From positions 101,062,001-101,126,000 of the forward strand of contig NW_024704742.1 of the NCBI RefSeq assembly GCF_018977255.1: a stretch of 64,000 nt of DNA, read 5' to 3'. This stretch comes from Callorhinchus milii. Lineage: Eukaryota. Position numbers and translations under genes: made by a program. The first letter of the stretch is position 1. The number at the start of each line of letters is the position of its first letter. Of the stretch, positions 11,982 to 25,204 are shown piece after piece. The notes under the pieces were generated by a model, which saw only the letters and a list, made by a program, of their open reading frames with translations, made no database searches and was not told the DNA's origin.

Positions 11982-12866
11982 CAACAACAGCAACAACTTG
12001 CATTGATATAGCACCCTCCACTCCGGGGGGCGTCTCAGAGTTCTTAACAATGGTGGAGCCCAAGGCTGAGCCAGGGGGAGGGGGAAGGTGACCGTAGGCG
12101 GGGTCGAAGAGGAAAGTCTTCAGTTGCGATCTGAAGATGGGGAAGAAAGGGGCGAGGCGAAGAGGTTGAGGGAGGGAATTCCAAAGTTTCGGGGTGTAGT
12201 GGCTGAAGGCACGGCCGCCGATGGTGGAGCGTAGGATTCGGGGGACGCGGAGGAGGCCGGATCCAGTAGAGCGGAGGCAGCGGGTACTGCTGTGGGGAGA
12301 GAGGAGGTTAGAGAGATAGGGGGATGCCAAGGAATGGAGGGATTTAAACACTAGGGTGAGGATTTTAAAGTGGATCCACTCTGTGACAGGGAGCCAGTGG
12401 AGTTTAGCACGGGCTGGAGTAATCGGGGTACGAAGTTTGGTACGGGTGAGAATGCAGACGGTGGAGTTTTGGATGAGCTGGATTTTGTGAATAGTGGAGG
12501 AGGGGAGACCAGCGAGGAGGGTGTTAGGGTAGTCCAGTCGAGAGGTGACAAAGGCATGGACAAGGGTTTCGGCGGCTGTTGTGGTGAGGTTTTGTCGGAG
12601 ACGGGTGATGTGGTAGAGGTGGAAGAAAGCGATGCTGGTCAGAGATTGGTTGTGGGGGAGGAAGGATAAATGGGGATCAAACCTGTTGTCTAAGTTGCGC
12701 ATGCGTTCAGAGTGTTTTAAGGACAGGTCGGGTAGGTTGAGGAGGTCGGAACCATGGGACAGAGGATGGGTCCTTGGGGTACTCCACAGGTGACCAGGTG
12801 AAAGTGCGAAGAAAAGCCATTTGTAGAAATGTAGTGCTGGCAGTTTTTGTAAGGCAGTTTGTATGT
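11982..12866 (-). mobile_element. L2 LINE 3' part (ORF2 C-terminus plus tail), internally deleted
   Basis: ORF 11872..12702 contains AETLVHAFVTSRLDY...LHWLP...FKILTLVFKSLH...GGRAFSHYTPKLWNSLP; CGVPQGPILCP at ~12760-12790. Confidence 0.92.
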
Positions 12867-12867
12867 C

Positions 12868-13225
12868 AATAATAATAATAATAATCCATACAATTGATAT
12901 AGCGCCTTATCACATCTTTGAGATATCTTACAGAATATACTATAAAGTGAATTGACTGTATATTTGTGGGCGAAACATGGCAGCCAATTGTGCACAGCAG
13001 TGTCCCACAAACAGTTGTGAATTGAGCGACAACATTTTTTTTAAGGATTATTATCCCTAGAAAAGCAATCCGCCAATTGACTAACAATTGGGTTCCTACT
13101 TACTGCTAGGTAAATAGAGGCGAGTGGAGTAAGGAAATTTGCTCAACATTTCGCCTTTCCAGGAATCAAGCCCAGGTCTCCCGTTTGCGAGGTGAGTGCT
13201 CTAATCACTGAGCTACAGGACTTCA
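12868..13225 (-). mobile_element. SINE subfamily B
   Basis: Full head, CORE-like block, extra internal block and tail. Confidence 0.88.
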
Positions 13226-13229
13226 TGAA

Positions 13230-13710
13230 ACAGTGTATCAAAACAGTACGAGGCACCAATAAAGAAGGCAAACAGTATCCTGTGCTATATTACTAAATCA
13301 GTTAAGTTTAGAAATACTCAGGCTCTATTGTGTTCTAGTCAGGCCACACTTAGAGTAAACTTCAGTCTTGAGAGAAGATGACTCACAGGGGATCCTACAG
13401 TGGTGTACAACTTGTTAAATAGGATTAAAAGTAAATCCAGTACAATATTAAATTATAGGTTTAACATAGGTTTAGAGTTGCAAAGGGCATTTTCAGGACA
13501 GATACTATACTACAATGTTTTTCTTTTCCCATAGGGCAATTAACAATTAGAATAGGTTGTACAAAGGGTAATTTAAACCAGGACACCAGACTCATTGAAA
13601 AAACAACTTGATGGTGTGATTGGGAGATGGTAGGGTGGGTATTCTGGAGGAATGAGATCAGATAGGCCGAAGGGCCTTCTTCATCCATATCAATCATCTT
13701 GTGATTGTTT
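13230..13710 (+). mobile_element. CR1 LINE 3' fragments, continuing the fragment at 11895-11981
   Basis: ERDLGVLAD at ~11935; ctagtcaggccacacttagagta (LVRPHLE) and a CR1 tail ataggccgaagggccttct. Confidence 0.7.
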
Positions 13711-14698
13711 ATCCAAACAATAACCAGCAAGTTGCTATTTTTTAAAAAAAGTTTACAATCACCAATTATTTACAATTATTGACTGTTAAAATCTGTCATA
13801 TTCAGTACTTGCATTAGCAGTTTGAGAAGGGAATAATCATAAAGCATTATGACTTTAAAAAGCCTTTCAGTATTGTGATAAAAGCCACTCTCATTGCACA
13901 TCAAAGCAGTCTACATGTATCGTTGACAGCTCTGAAAGATACCTGTACTGTGATTGGTGAATTGCCTGATAATTTGAGCGTTAGAAATTGAAAGATCAAA
14001 GCTTTTGGAAATGTATTCTTTAGCAATATTTGATTGCCAACTAAGAAAGATCGATTATTATGGAAATTTACCTGTAAATTTTCAGTGGAATAGCAAAATT
14101 GCACTGAATATTCATCCATTTTACATATGATAAAAGATTTTTAATGGGGAGAGAATAAATATTAATCATTGTTCGGATTTATTGCAACCATTTGTTATAA
14201 TTTGCAATCATAGCCTGTAACTCTATAAAATTAATATAATAATAATAATCCTTACATTTGATAACACTTTCATGCCAGGAGGATGTCACAAAGTGAAACA
14301 CAGAATATATTGGAAAGTGTAGTGCCTGTGTAAATGTAGACAAACATTTGTTGCGCTCACAGCATACATAAGCAGATTGTTATATCTCTTAATTTGAATT
14401 ATTCCCTTTCTCGGTTGTCATAACCATAGTAGCAAAGCTCAGCAACCAAACTCTTCAATAATAAATAGTGCATTGGCTTTTAATAGGACTCGGTCTCTTT
14501 CAGAGAAGTGGGAGAGCAGGGAGACAATGGTACACTAAAGCAAACTGTTGAAAAGTATCATCCTAATTCCCTGTAATTAACTAAGTGTATGAATCAAGGG
14601 GATGAAAATTGTCATGTTGTGAAGTACACCTGTGGTGCTATTTAACATGTGCATTGAAGTTAGGAACATTCTGATAATTAACACGCCAACTGGTCCCG

Positions 14699-15051
14699 GA
14701 TAATAATAATAATTCTTGGATGTTATATAGCGCCTTATCACATCTAGACATCTCAAAGCGCTTCACAGAATATACTGTAAAGTGAATTGACTGTATATTT
14801 GTGGATGAAACATGGCAGCCAATTGCACACAGCAGTCCCCCGCAAACAGTCGTGGATTGAGTGACCACATTTTTTTGAGGGATTATTATCCCAGGAAAAG
14901 TGATCCACCAATTGAGTAACAACCGGGTTCCTACTTACTGCAAAGATAAACAGAGGCGTGTGGAGTAAGGAAACTTGCCTTCCTAGGAATTGAATCCAGG
15001 TCCTTTCGCTGGGGAGGCGAATGCTCTAACCACCAAGCTACAGGACTTCAC
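14699..15051 (-). mobile_element. SINE subfamily B
   Basis: Homologous to 12868-13225. Confidence 0.88.
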
Positions 15052-15509
15052 TACAGGATATGCTGGAGGAAAACACTTCCCCTTTTAATTGGTTCCATCA
15101 AGAAGCTTGTCATCCTCTGATTGCATATCTGGCAAGTAGATCACCAGTTAGGGGATACCAGCTCAACTCAACAAAATAACGTAAACATGGTACCCCACAT
15201 GCCTTTATCGGCTTCTGAGGATTACAATCATACATCTCCAAGGCTGCTACATATAACCTTGATTGGTATTTCAGCTCACAAGTGATTTAACACAACCCAC
15301 CAGGCTGCTAATTGTCTTTGCTCTCCACTAAAATCATTATCCACATAATAGGAAAGTGGGTTAAAATAAAGTACATGAAATATAATTCACCATATGCTTT
15401 TCCATATGCCTCTATTTTATTTTATCTTCACTTCTGTGTACACTTTATCTGTCAGCATGCCTATCACAGTAAGTTGGCAAAAAACATTACCAAGCATTAG
15501 CCAATGCCA

Positions 15510-15930
15510 CTTTATCCATTGCATTTAATATAGTGCGTTATTGCATCAAAATATCTAGTTTCATAGAGATTTCTGTAACGTGCAGTTCATAGGCAAGCAT
15601 GGCAGTCAATTGCTGGACTCAAATTTCGGACACACAGATATGAAGTGAATCACTATTTATTTTACCTGGAATATTGTTGATTGGGAGAATCTTCCTTCTC
15701 TTGTTGAATAGTATCACAGATTTTTTAAGATCTACCTGAATCTTCAATTGCCTGAACAAGCAGGTGGGAACTTGGTATAACTTCTCACCCAAAGGATAGC
15801 ACCTCTAGCAATGCAGCATGCCCTTAGCACTGCACTGGTCAAGCTAGATTACAATTTCTAAGTGGAGCTTTACCACATAACTTTCTGACTCAGCGGTGAA
15901 ATTGTTAACGACTGGGCCAGGTTACCACCT
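15510..15930 (-). mobile_element. Old Deu-SINE, degenerate
   Basis: aaggatagcacctctagcaatgcagca...cactgcactgg...tctgactcagcggtgaa. Confidence 0.55.
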
Positions 15931-16249
15931 AAATAACACAGAAGCTCTGCTTTTACTGTCACTTGGTGGAAATGTCTTATCTCTTATTTGGTGTCTCACT
16001 GGAAGGCTTACCTGGAATCAAGAATATAAACTTTCTGTTTGATCGCAAAGATCTCTGTTTAGGCTGAATGGATGGACCTCAGTTGAACAGTAGGTTTAAA
16101 CTGAATTAAAACAATGCAAGTCTGACAAACCTGCAGTTTAATCAAAACTAAGAAACTTGCAATCAAAATCTACAGTATAGGGATACCTGTTCTAAGATTC
16201 TTTTTGTTGCTAGGCTCAGATTTAGGTCCTTATCTTTTGTACAATATAG

Positions 16250-16640
16250 TGTCAGTCAGTCTTAGTTGGTACCATTTTTGCCTCAGGTTGTGGGTTGAAG
16301 TCCCATGTCAGGATTTCAATCTCACTTTGTCTGGATTGAGCGTCCAAAGTATTGCTGGGTGCTCTGCATTGTTGAAGGTGCTGTCATTTCAGATGAACTG
16401 TAGCTAAACTGCATCTCATCTACCTGCTCAAGTGGACATTAAAGATGGCATTATTCGGAAAGAGAATGTGTTTTTTCCCAGTGTCCTGGCCTATAATTCC
16501 CAGATAAAATAATTAATAAATTTCACAGCTATTTGTACGACATTGTTGTGTACAAATTGGCTGCTATATTTGCCTACAAACTGCAAACACTACACTTTAC
16601 AATAAATTTGTGATGGGCTTTGAGAATTCCTCCCGTCTTG
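16250..16640 (+). mobile_element. Old Deu-SINE
   Basis: Homologous to 44028-44452 along its length. Confidence 0.7.
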
Positions 16641-17644
16641 TCACACACGATATCAAACGCAATGTTTGCTATTTTTATTGTTATTACAAGGCACACACGT
16701 GTCACATTGCAGAAAATCAAGTAAGAATTGCTGGCTGTGGGACAGAATGGCTGGACTAAACAATTGAGATAAGTGGGGATTGTCTTGCCCTGATTCTTTC
16801 TGATCTTTGTTTACTAGTGTGCCAAAACAATTTGCTTCAGGAGTCACTTTTCTGTTTGTTGATCTTGCTCCAGGCTTTTCGGACTATCTACGGGGAAAAA
16901 TTTCACCAAGCTCTAGGTTTAATCTATGTAGCATTTTAGAGTATCCAGAATTAGGCAAATTCTTAAATATGGCATTCATTTTCATTTTTATTTTAAGAAC
17001 TACAAAAAAAGACCAATAACTGAAACTGACAAATTATTTTTGAGTCCATTTAAAATTGTTCTGCTTTAGAAATTCAAAATGCTTTGCAATGAACCTGTGT
17101 TTATTTAGGTATACTTTAACTCTAGTGATAGATTTGTGGGCACGTGTATCCTGTGACAATTGCTGGGAATAGTTAGCTTTAAATGCTTCAGTCTGATTGG
17201 GATAATGATAAATCAATACCGGGAAGAACCCAGATTTCACACTTCTTCTCCTGGATGGTGGCCTAAAAGTAAATCTAACACGGAAATGGTTGAGAAACAT
17301 TCAGTGAACATTGACCTTCACTGCGGATTGGCCATGATATTTGGAAGTAGTGGGACAGGTTTGATGGGCCAAATGGCCTACTCCACTTCCCATGTTCCTG
17401 ACCCCCTTACCAATTGACGAGCTTTCAGCCATTCTGCCTCCACTCTCTGAAGCTCAATCTCCATCCCTCCATATGATTTTCTATAGCTACTACTTGAGTG
17501 TTATAAACCTCACTCATCAAGTGTTCACCATTTACATATTATTGCTATTCGCTATGGTCCATTGGATGGCTTAATGTAATGTTGATGGTATATAAGAATC
17601 TGGAAAATTACATGTTGGTGGGTGTGGAAGAACAATGCAACACT

Positions 17645-17888
17645 TCATAGAATCATATAATCGCACAGCACAAAAAGTGGCCATTCGGCCCATCGGGTTT
17701 GTGCCGGCTCTTTGAATAGAGCAATTAATGTCAGTCCCACTTCCCAGCCCTTTCCCCATAACCCTGCAAACCCGTCCTCCTCAAATGCCCATCCACTGCG
17801 TTTTTAAAAGTAGTTATCGAATCGGCCTCGATCACCCTTTCAGGCAATGCGTTCCAGATTCGAACAACTCGCTGCGTGAAACAATTTG
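17645..17888 (-). mobile_element. CR1 LINE 3' end
   Basis: catagaatcat...ggccattcggcccatcg...ttccagattcgaacaactcgctgcgtgaaa; reverse frame reads FTQRVVRIWNALP. Confidence 0.8.
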
Positions 17889-18008
17889 AGTAGGGGTATG
17901 GTTACTGCTGAACAAATCTGTGCACAACCCTCCACTCGAACCACCACCATTCAACCCATCCAAAGTAGTTACTTTTCAAGTTAAGTTTCATTCATTGTTT
18001 GCTTAGCA

Positions 18009-18229
18009 TAGTGATGGCCAAACCATGGCACGTGGCCCAAAAGTGGCACATGGGGCCGTCAAAATCTGATCCATTGAACATTCACCCCAATCCAGGCAAG
18101 TCCATTCCAAATCAATACCTTGTGTTCAGTAGCTACCAAGTAGCGAAGTCCATGGCACTGCCATAAATCAAGAAATATCCAACAAGAACATTTATTTGGT
18201 TGACCGATCAAAAATGTTGGCCAACAATG
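18009..18229. mobile_element. hAT MITE, same family as 3934-4149
   Basis: Degenerate TIRs TAGTGATGGCCAAACC / TGTTGGCCAACAATG; shares the tcaagaaatat...caagaa...tggttgacc block. Confidence 0.7.
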
Positions 18230-18640
18230 ACTTAATACATAATTGTCTTTAGATTCTATTAAAAGAAAATCTCCATCTGCAGCTACTTTTACCATTTCAT
18301 GTTTTAAAAACATGTAAACATTTGCAATGATCCTTTCCAATATCTTCTGCTAGACTCAGCACCTCTAAAGGATATGAAGCCAGTTCACCCCCTTTCCCAC
18401 AGCACCAGGATTTTGCTCCCTGTATCACTAAGAAAGGAATACAGTACAATCAGATTAGTTTGAATTGTGTCCTCGTCAGTCTGACATGAGTGTATATTAT
18501 ATGTGCAATCTCTCCTTGCATTCTATCTGTTGTTATATCATCTCCCAGCTCATTTCCCTTCGACTTTCTAGTTGATTCTGAATTGGATATATTCTTATCC
18601 TCTGGGATATGATTTATAATCCATGTGAAGGGTTGCCCTG

Positions 18641-18960
18641 ATAATAATAATAATAATAATCCTTGTTTTGATAGCGCTTTTCACGTCGGGAGGACGTCCC
18701 AAAGCGCTTCACAGAACACACTGTAAAGTGAATTGACTGTATATTTGTGGGCGAACACGGCAGCCAATTGCGCACAGCAGTGTCCCACAAACAGTCGTGG
18801 GTTGAAAATGACCTATTTATTATTGTTTTTGGTTTTGGAGGGATTATTATTAGGCGTGTGGAGTAAGGAAACTTGCCCAAGGTTTCGCCCTGCCTGGAAT
18901 TGAACTCAGGTCTCTCGCTTGCAAAGCGAGTGCTCTAACCACTGAGCTACAGGACTCCAC
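18641..18960 (-). mobile_element. Full-length young SINE (subfamily A)
   Basis: Near-identical to 6075-6399. Confidence 0.93.
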
Positions 18961-19280
18961 AATGCCCAAATGACTCTTCTTAATGTATTTGGCATTAAAA
19001 AATAATTTTGAAAAGAATTAGTTGCAGTTAATTAGGTTAAAAAAGCAGACTTAACAGCATTACAGTTCCAGTGTTACTGGAGGCAGAATGTGTTCTCATT
19101 ATATCATGACTGGGTCAGTGTGACATTTGTTTCACCCAACATGAGATTGTACTTAATTCAAATCTAAAGGTTAAGTTATGCAACTTCCATCTGAGTAAAT
19201 ACTTTTCAGTATTCCTTCTGAGACACTTGGTGCTAACGTCAAAGGCTGACTGAGATGGTCCTAGCTCTGGGCTGTTGCTC

Positions 19281-19480
19281 ACAAGATCGCAAGATTTGTT
19301 CGGATGGAGAAGGCCCTTCAGCCCATCTGGTCTCATCTCTCCAGAATACCCACCCAACCATCCTCCCATCACAGCATCAAGCTGTTTTTTTTTAATTAAT
19401 TCAGCGTCCTGGACTCAACCACCCTTCCTGACAAACTGTTCCAGTAAGTAATTATTTCTGAGTAAAGAAATACTTTCTGG
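19281..19480 (-). mobile_element. CR1 3' end
   Basis: aaggcccttcagcccatc...; homologous to 26870-27140. Confidence 0.7.
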
Positions 19481-21539
19481 CTAGACCTCGATGTCTGTGA
19501 GATTTTTGTTATTATCCGTGTCCAATTGTCTACCCTCCTCTCTTGCTTCATGATGGTTTATGATTCCACAGGTACTGCTCACCATGGCTATAAGCTTCGA
19601 CTATGTGAGAACCCAGCCAATGAGAATTAGCAGACATCACAGCTGAGCCTGATCTGTCCTCACACGATCATTGATAGCTGATAACTTAGCCTCCCTTGTC
19701 TGTAGGTCCTGCGATCAATGGTAGTGCCCTAGTTCTGCACCAGTTTACGTTGAGTAACATGGGATTGCAGATAATTAAAGTTTGGGACTTTCGTCTTTAT
19801 ATGACTGTTTCATCCCAGGTGACGTTTGTACCAGCAGATTGTTTGGGTTTGCCCCTATATGTTTTGGGTTAGGATTACACCTAGAGCCCTCCAAACATTC
19901 CACATTGAGAGGTATGTTAAAAGGCTTTGTAAAGCCATAAACTCCAGTTTCTTCAGGATTAAAAGCTGGTCCAACTGTGATTTATTCAGTTCAGTGTACC
20001 ACATAAGTATTCACAATCTACAGCGAGGGCAAATGATTGGACCTGCCTTGCAATAATTGAGTTGATTAGTACTTTCATTCCACCGAGTAAAACAATTTAC
20101 CACTTTGTCAAACACATGTCAGAATTTGCAAGCAGCTACAAATGCCACCCAAAAACAAATGAACTCAAAACTGCTGTTTATTATTGATGGGTGAGCACCG
20201 CTCTCTGGAAATCCATTCCACAGTTTGTCTGTCACTCCATTATGGGGTCTGTCTGAACCCCACCTTAAGACCTTTCTTTTCAAAGGCTATTTTGGCAATT
20301 TTCCCCATAGCTTCCTCAGCCCCCAACGCACCCATCCTCCCCACACACACATACACCTAGTCAGGTCTTTAAAAGTGCTATATAAATGTAAGATTGTTGT
20401 TGTTCTGCATCTGGCATATCAGCAGATCGATTATCACTAAGCATAACCGTCTCTTCCTCATGTTTCTATATTAATTATAATCTACATAGTTTCATGATAT
20501 CTTTCGAGTAAATATTCAATATATTGTGTTAATAAATATTTATTAATTACATTAATAATTAATTAAAATGTATAGTTCTATCACATATTTCTACTTAAAA
20601 ATCTTGAACATGAATAGCATTAGTAATATAACTATGATTAGTTACATAAATATATTGTGATTTTTTTTCAATGTATGTTAATAAAATGCCAAGAATATAC
20701 TTGTAGTATGTTCTCTATATATTACATGCCATACATTTATATTCTTTTGAATGTATTTATTAACCTTGCTTGAAAACACTCATTTAAATATTAAACATAT
20801 AATTTTAAAAGCTTGAATTATATTTCAATCCTTGATTGTAACTTGTGCTTCTTATTATATTGTCATATTTACTATATTAATTACAATTTATTCATATCAT
20901 CTGAACAAGTGTTATGAAGCAATAATTATGCAGTGTGCAAAATCTATTATCAGAATTATTTTCATTTTGTAATAATATCTGCAGAATTAATTATTCGGGG
21001 ACATTATTTTGTGCAAATATGTTGCAGTGTTCACTTACAAAGTACATAATCACTACACAATATACCCGCAAACCCTATGAGATATCTACCCAATGTGAAA
21101 GGTGCAATGTAAATAGAAGGATTATTACATTAAGTTTTATTATTCTGATGAAAATCTGTTCACCTGGCCTCTTCTCACTTTACAAACACATAAATTATGC
21201 GTTCAAATAGAGATCATTTCATAGTGTTCTGATATATCAGACAGTGGTTTAAAATAAGGAATAATGCATAGATTGCTGTTTGCAATTGGGCAGGTTTATG
21301 CTTATTGGGTTAAAAGCATTCCAAAACATAACATGGACATAGAGTGAGATAGACACTTTATGGAGAGGGCTATTTGATGAAGAGGTTAACAATGCTGAAC
21401 AACTCACATGGAAACTAGCTCTGTTCTTAATTAATAGAAAATGACATAGTTTGTTGTAATGTTTGTTTGCCAAAGATAAGATGTTCAGCAATTCTGAAAT
21501 CTTGATGAAGGTGAATTAGCTGATTATTAGCTGATGGCA

Positions 21540-22080
21540 CCCTTCGCGACCACATCACTCCTACCCTTGCTCGCCTCCACTGGCTTCCAATCCCCCAGAG
21601 GATCGAATTCAAGATCCTCATCCTCACCTACAAAGCCATTCACAGCCTTGCTCCCTCCTACCTCTCTGAGCTACTATCCCCCTACCTACCTGCCCGTACC
21701 CTCCGTTACTCTGGCTCCGGTCTGCTCCACATCCCCCGCCCCAACCACCCTACCATCGGTGGCCGTGCCTTCAGCCTCTCAGCCCCCAGGCTCTGGAACT
21801 CTATCCCCCAGTGCCTTCGCCACCTCCTCCCTTTCCTCCTTCAAGGCCGGTCTCAAGACCTTTCTCTTTGACCGTGCCTTCAGCTCCCCTCTCGACTCTC
21901 TACCCCCTCCTCGCTCCCTCCCTTCCGTCCCCTCACCCTGACCATTTCCTCCCTTCCTTCCCTCCCATCACCCTGACCATTTTCCCCCCAAGGCTCGGGT
22001 CCTGACCCAACTGTCTAGCACCTTGGGACGTCCTCCCAACGTGAAAGACGCTCTATAAATGGAATCTTGTTGTTGTTGTT
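21540..22080 (+). mobile_element. L2 LINE 3' fragment, young subfamily
   Basis: RDHITPTLARLHWLPIPQRIEFKILILTYKA in translation; C-rich UTR; stem-loop tail and (TTG)n. Confidence 0.93.
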
Positions 22081-22747
22081 TTATCCTCTTCTATTAGTGA
22101 GAGTCATGTTATTCATCTCTCTGTATCACGTCCAACAGATGGAGATAAAAATGGTGGGCATTATAAACAGATGTATGGAAAGTATCATCATCAGAGCAGC
22201 CGTGTTGTGTTCAGCGTTTAGTTGTTATGGAAATGGCACAGAGTTGGGCAAAAGTGCTTCATTAAACAAATGATTAAAGCGTTAATAATCTAAAGGTCTC
22301 TTTGAATGCTCTGAATTCGACTGATGATGAACGGTTGCCAAGGCATTGCTGCAAGTGAAATATTGGAGTGGTTCAGCTGGAAACATTCAAATAGCTGCTG
22401 TGGTACTGAGGGAACAATGCAGACTGTCAGCATTGAATTATATAGAATCTACAGCACCAAAACATGGTGTCAAAGCCAACTAGTCAGTGCCATTGTTTAT
22501 ACTCCACACGAGCCTCCATCTCTCCCAAACCCCCTTCCCTCACTTCCCCCATATCCCTCTATTCCTTTGTCTCCAGTGCATGTAGTAAGTGGTTAACATC
22601 CACAATTGTAGTTTGATGAGGATAGGAACAATAAAAATGGGAGAGAATAAATATTCTGAATTTCAAAAACCTAGGCATGTATAGGCCAACTGTCAAACTT
22701 TTCATGTAATTAGAGAGACATCTAATGAGGAATGTAAGCTTTCTTTT

Positions 22748-23066
22748 TAATAATAATAATAATCCTTGCATTTGATATAGCGCTTTTCACGTCGGGAGGA
22801 TGTCCCAAAGCGCTTCACAGAACACACTGCAAAGTGAATTGACTGTATATTTGTGGGCGAACGCGGCAGCCAATTGCGCACAGCAATGTCCCACAAACAG
22901 TCATAGATTGAAAATGACCAATATATTATTGTTTTTGGTTTTGGAGGGATTATTATTAGGCATATGGAGTAAGGAAACTTGCCCAAGGTTTCGCCCTGTC
23001 TGGAATTGAACTCAGATCTCTCGCTTGCAAAGCGAGTGCTCTAATCACTGAGCTACAGGACTCCAC
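22748..23066 (-). mobile_element. Full-length young SINE (subfamily A)
   Basis: Near-identical to 18641-18960. Confidence 0.93.
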
Positions 23067-23159
23067 AAAGTCCTTTAGTAGAGAAGTTGTTCTCCAAATA
23101 AAGTAATAATCATAACAAAGGAAAATGATTTCTGCCTACTTTATTCTAAAGGGAACTAG

Positions 23160-23489
23160 ATAATGTATACCATGAAAAGCTGTTTTGTCTTGTGCTGAAC
23201 AATAGAACCAGAGGACACAGTCTGCGATTGAATGGGGGCAAATTTAAAACAAATCTGCAGAAACACTACTTCAGTGAGCGAGTAGTAAATGTATGGAACA
23301 GGCTCCCTCGAGAAACAATGAAAGCAGAAAGTGTTGATTCTTTCAAGAATAAATTAGATAGATTTCTGTTGGGTAATAATATCTCGGGATACAGCATATA
23401 GTTTGGGACATGACATGTGCATGCGACTGCCAGATGATGGAAGGCGAACTGGATGGACCTTGGTCTTTCCAAGCAATTCTTATGTTCCT
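23160..23489 (+). mobile_element. CR1 ORF2 C-terminus plus 3'UTR
   Basis: NNRTRGHSLRLNGGKFKTNLQKHYFSERVVNVWNRLP is the typical CR1 C-terminus. Confidence 0.9.
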
Positions 23490-23796
23490 AAATATTTGCC
23501 ACCCTCAGTATTAATAGTTAGAACTCTTAATACTGATGGTTGTAGCTCGACAGACAGCAATATGTTTATGTATGTATTCATGTTCATGTATAAAATTTAT
23601 CTTGCTGGATATTACAGCAATGATATCTTTTGCATTTGATTGTAGTTTACTGTCGCTGAGACTCCAATAAAGATTGCTGATTTTAAATCTTGTTATTCTA
23701 TTATTTTCAATTCACGTTTCACTTTGGAACACAGAATATATGGCATATATGAAAAAAGGCAACATGTATAATTAATCAGCTTCAGGTGGAGGGAGC

Positions 23797-23817
23797 ATAT
23801 ATATATATATATATATA
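23797..23817. repeat. (TA)n microsatellite
   Basis: Seen directly. Confidence 0.95.
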
Positions 23818-23939
23818 CCTAAAATCAGTTTCTTCATTAATACGGATGTATAGCACCAGCTCTTAACTGTTGTAGGATTCTATTTTTCAAGTGCAGCACT
23901 TTAAAAGCTTTGCAATGTGTGATTTGAACCTTGAACAAT

Positions 23940-23998
23940 GGCGCCCTTTTATATTCTCCTATTAGCCTATACTGCAAGAAAATGTGTTGCTAAGCAAC
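23940..23998 (-). promoter_or_regulatory. Candidate promoter: RFX X-box plus TATA box
   Basis: Palindrome GTTGCTAAGCAAC at 23986-23998; minus-strand TATAAAAG at 23946-23953. Confidence 0.35.
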
Positions 23999-24659
23999 TT
24001 CTATACCTCAAACCACATAACCCACACAGCAACATCCATATTAACCCATCCATTGTCAATGAAACCATAATGCTAAGTGTTAATGACCACTGATTACTGC
24101 CTCTCCCCTATTGATTGACAGAATATTATGCCTTTAGCAGCAGTTCTTGGCACAACATGCATCAGAGCAACAATTCAACAACTTTTCATTCTACACTTTG
24201 CTACTACCCTCCTGTATTTTACATTTCCTCTATTAACTCCAGATTTCAGTCAGAGCACGAAGCAGACCCTGTTGTCCAAAAACAATACTACTTGGAGCAA
24301 AGCCTATACATTATTTTTGAAATAAATTATATAGATGCCTCAAGAATAAAAAGATTCATGTTAATAATAATCTTCGATTTGATATACAGCCTTTCATGTT
24401 GGGAGGATATCTCAAAGTGTTTCATAGGATTTAATGTGAATCATAGTGTCTGTGTCTTTTGCAGGCAATACAAAGGCTATGGAGAGTAAGCACAAAAGAG
24501 AAATTAAATTGAGGGGAAACCATATTCTTTAATTCTATGTGAATTAATACATAGTTAAATGATTCTTCTCCACCAATAATAATAATTGCTTACATTTGGT
24601 GTAGCGTCCATAAAGTCTCAAAACGCATCACAGATAATTTCTATAAAGACTGTATGCAT

Positions 24660-25084
24660 GTGTCTGCTTGTCTCAGTAGTAGCAATCTCACCTCTGAATT
24701 GGAAGGGAAGGGGTTCAAGCTCCACGTCGGGACTTGAAATCACAGTTTAAATTGACACTCTAATGCAATGCTGGAGTGTGTTGCATTGCCAGAGATGCCA
24801 CCCTTTGCAAGAGTTTGTCTGTTTAGGTGGAAGTTAAAGATCCCATGGCACTATTTGTAAAGAGAGGGGAGTTTGTCCCGGTGTCCTGGCCAACCAGCCC
24901 CCAAATAAAATCAGTCACTCACTGCATGGCTGTTTGTGGGACACTGCTGTGGGCAACTGGCTGCCACATTGCACCCACAAAATACACAGGGAAACCTCTT
25001 TATAGTATATCCTGTGAAGCACTTTCAGATGTCTCAACAACGTGATAAGACACTTTATCAATGCAAGGATAATTTATTATTATT
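24660..25084 (+). mobile_element. Old Deu-SINE, near full length
   Basis: tRNA head, Deu core (ttaaagatcccatggcactattt...ggtgtcctggccaa), L2-like tail. Confidence 0.8.
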
Positions 25085-25204
25085 CTATTTGTAGTTAATT
25101 AATTTGTGCACAGCAATGTTCTACAAACAGCTATGAAGTGAATGATCTATTTATCTAGGAGATTGTTGGTCAGGACACCTCCCATCTCTTTTCAAAAGGC
25201 AGAT

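Noticed and set aside
11872..12702. Long ORFs (276 aa here; also 30779, 38495, 59223, 61286)
   Set aside because: These are L2 ORF2 remnants or their alternative frames; none encodes a complete endonuclease plus RT.
19545..19800. Possible ancient SINE remnant
   Set aside because: Only a vague resemblance and a single copy in the window; cannot be assigned without a search.
20460..20930. Very AT-rich stretch
   Set aside because: Low complexity with no periodic structure or ORF.
24115..24489. 124-aa and 65-aa ORFs with an acceptor-like site at 24242
   Set aside because: No recognisable protein, no matching donor, and the 3' part runs into a SINE tail remnant.
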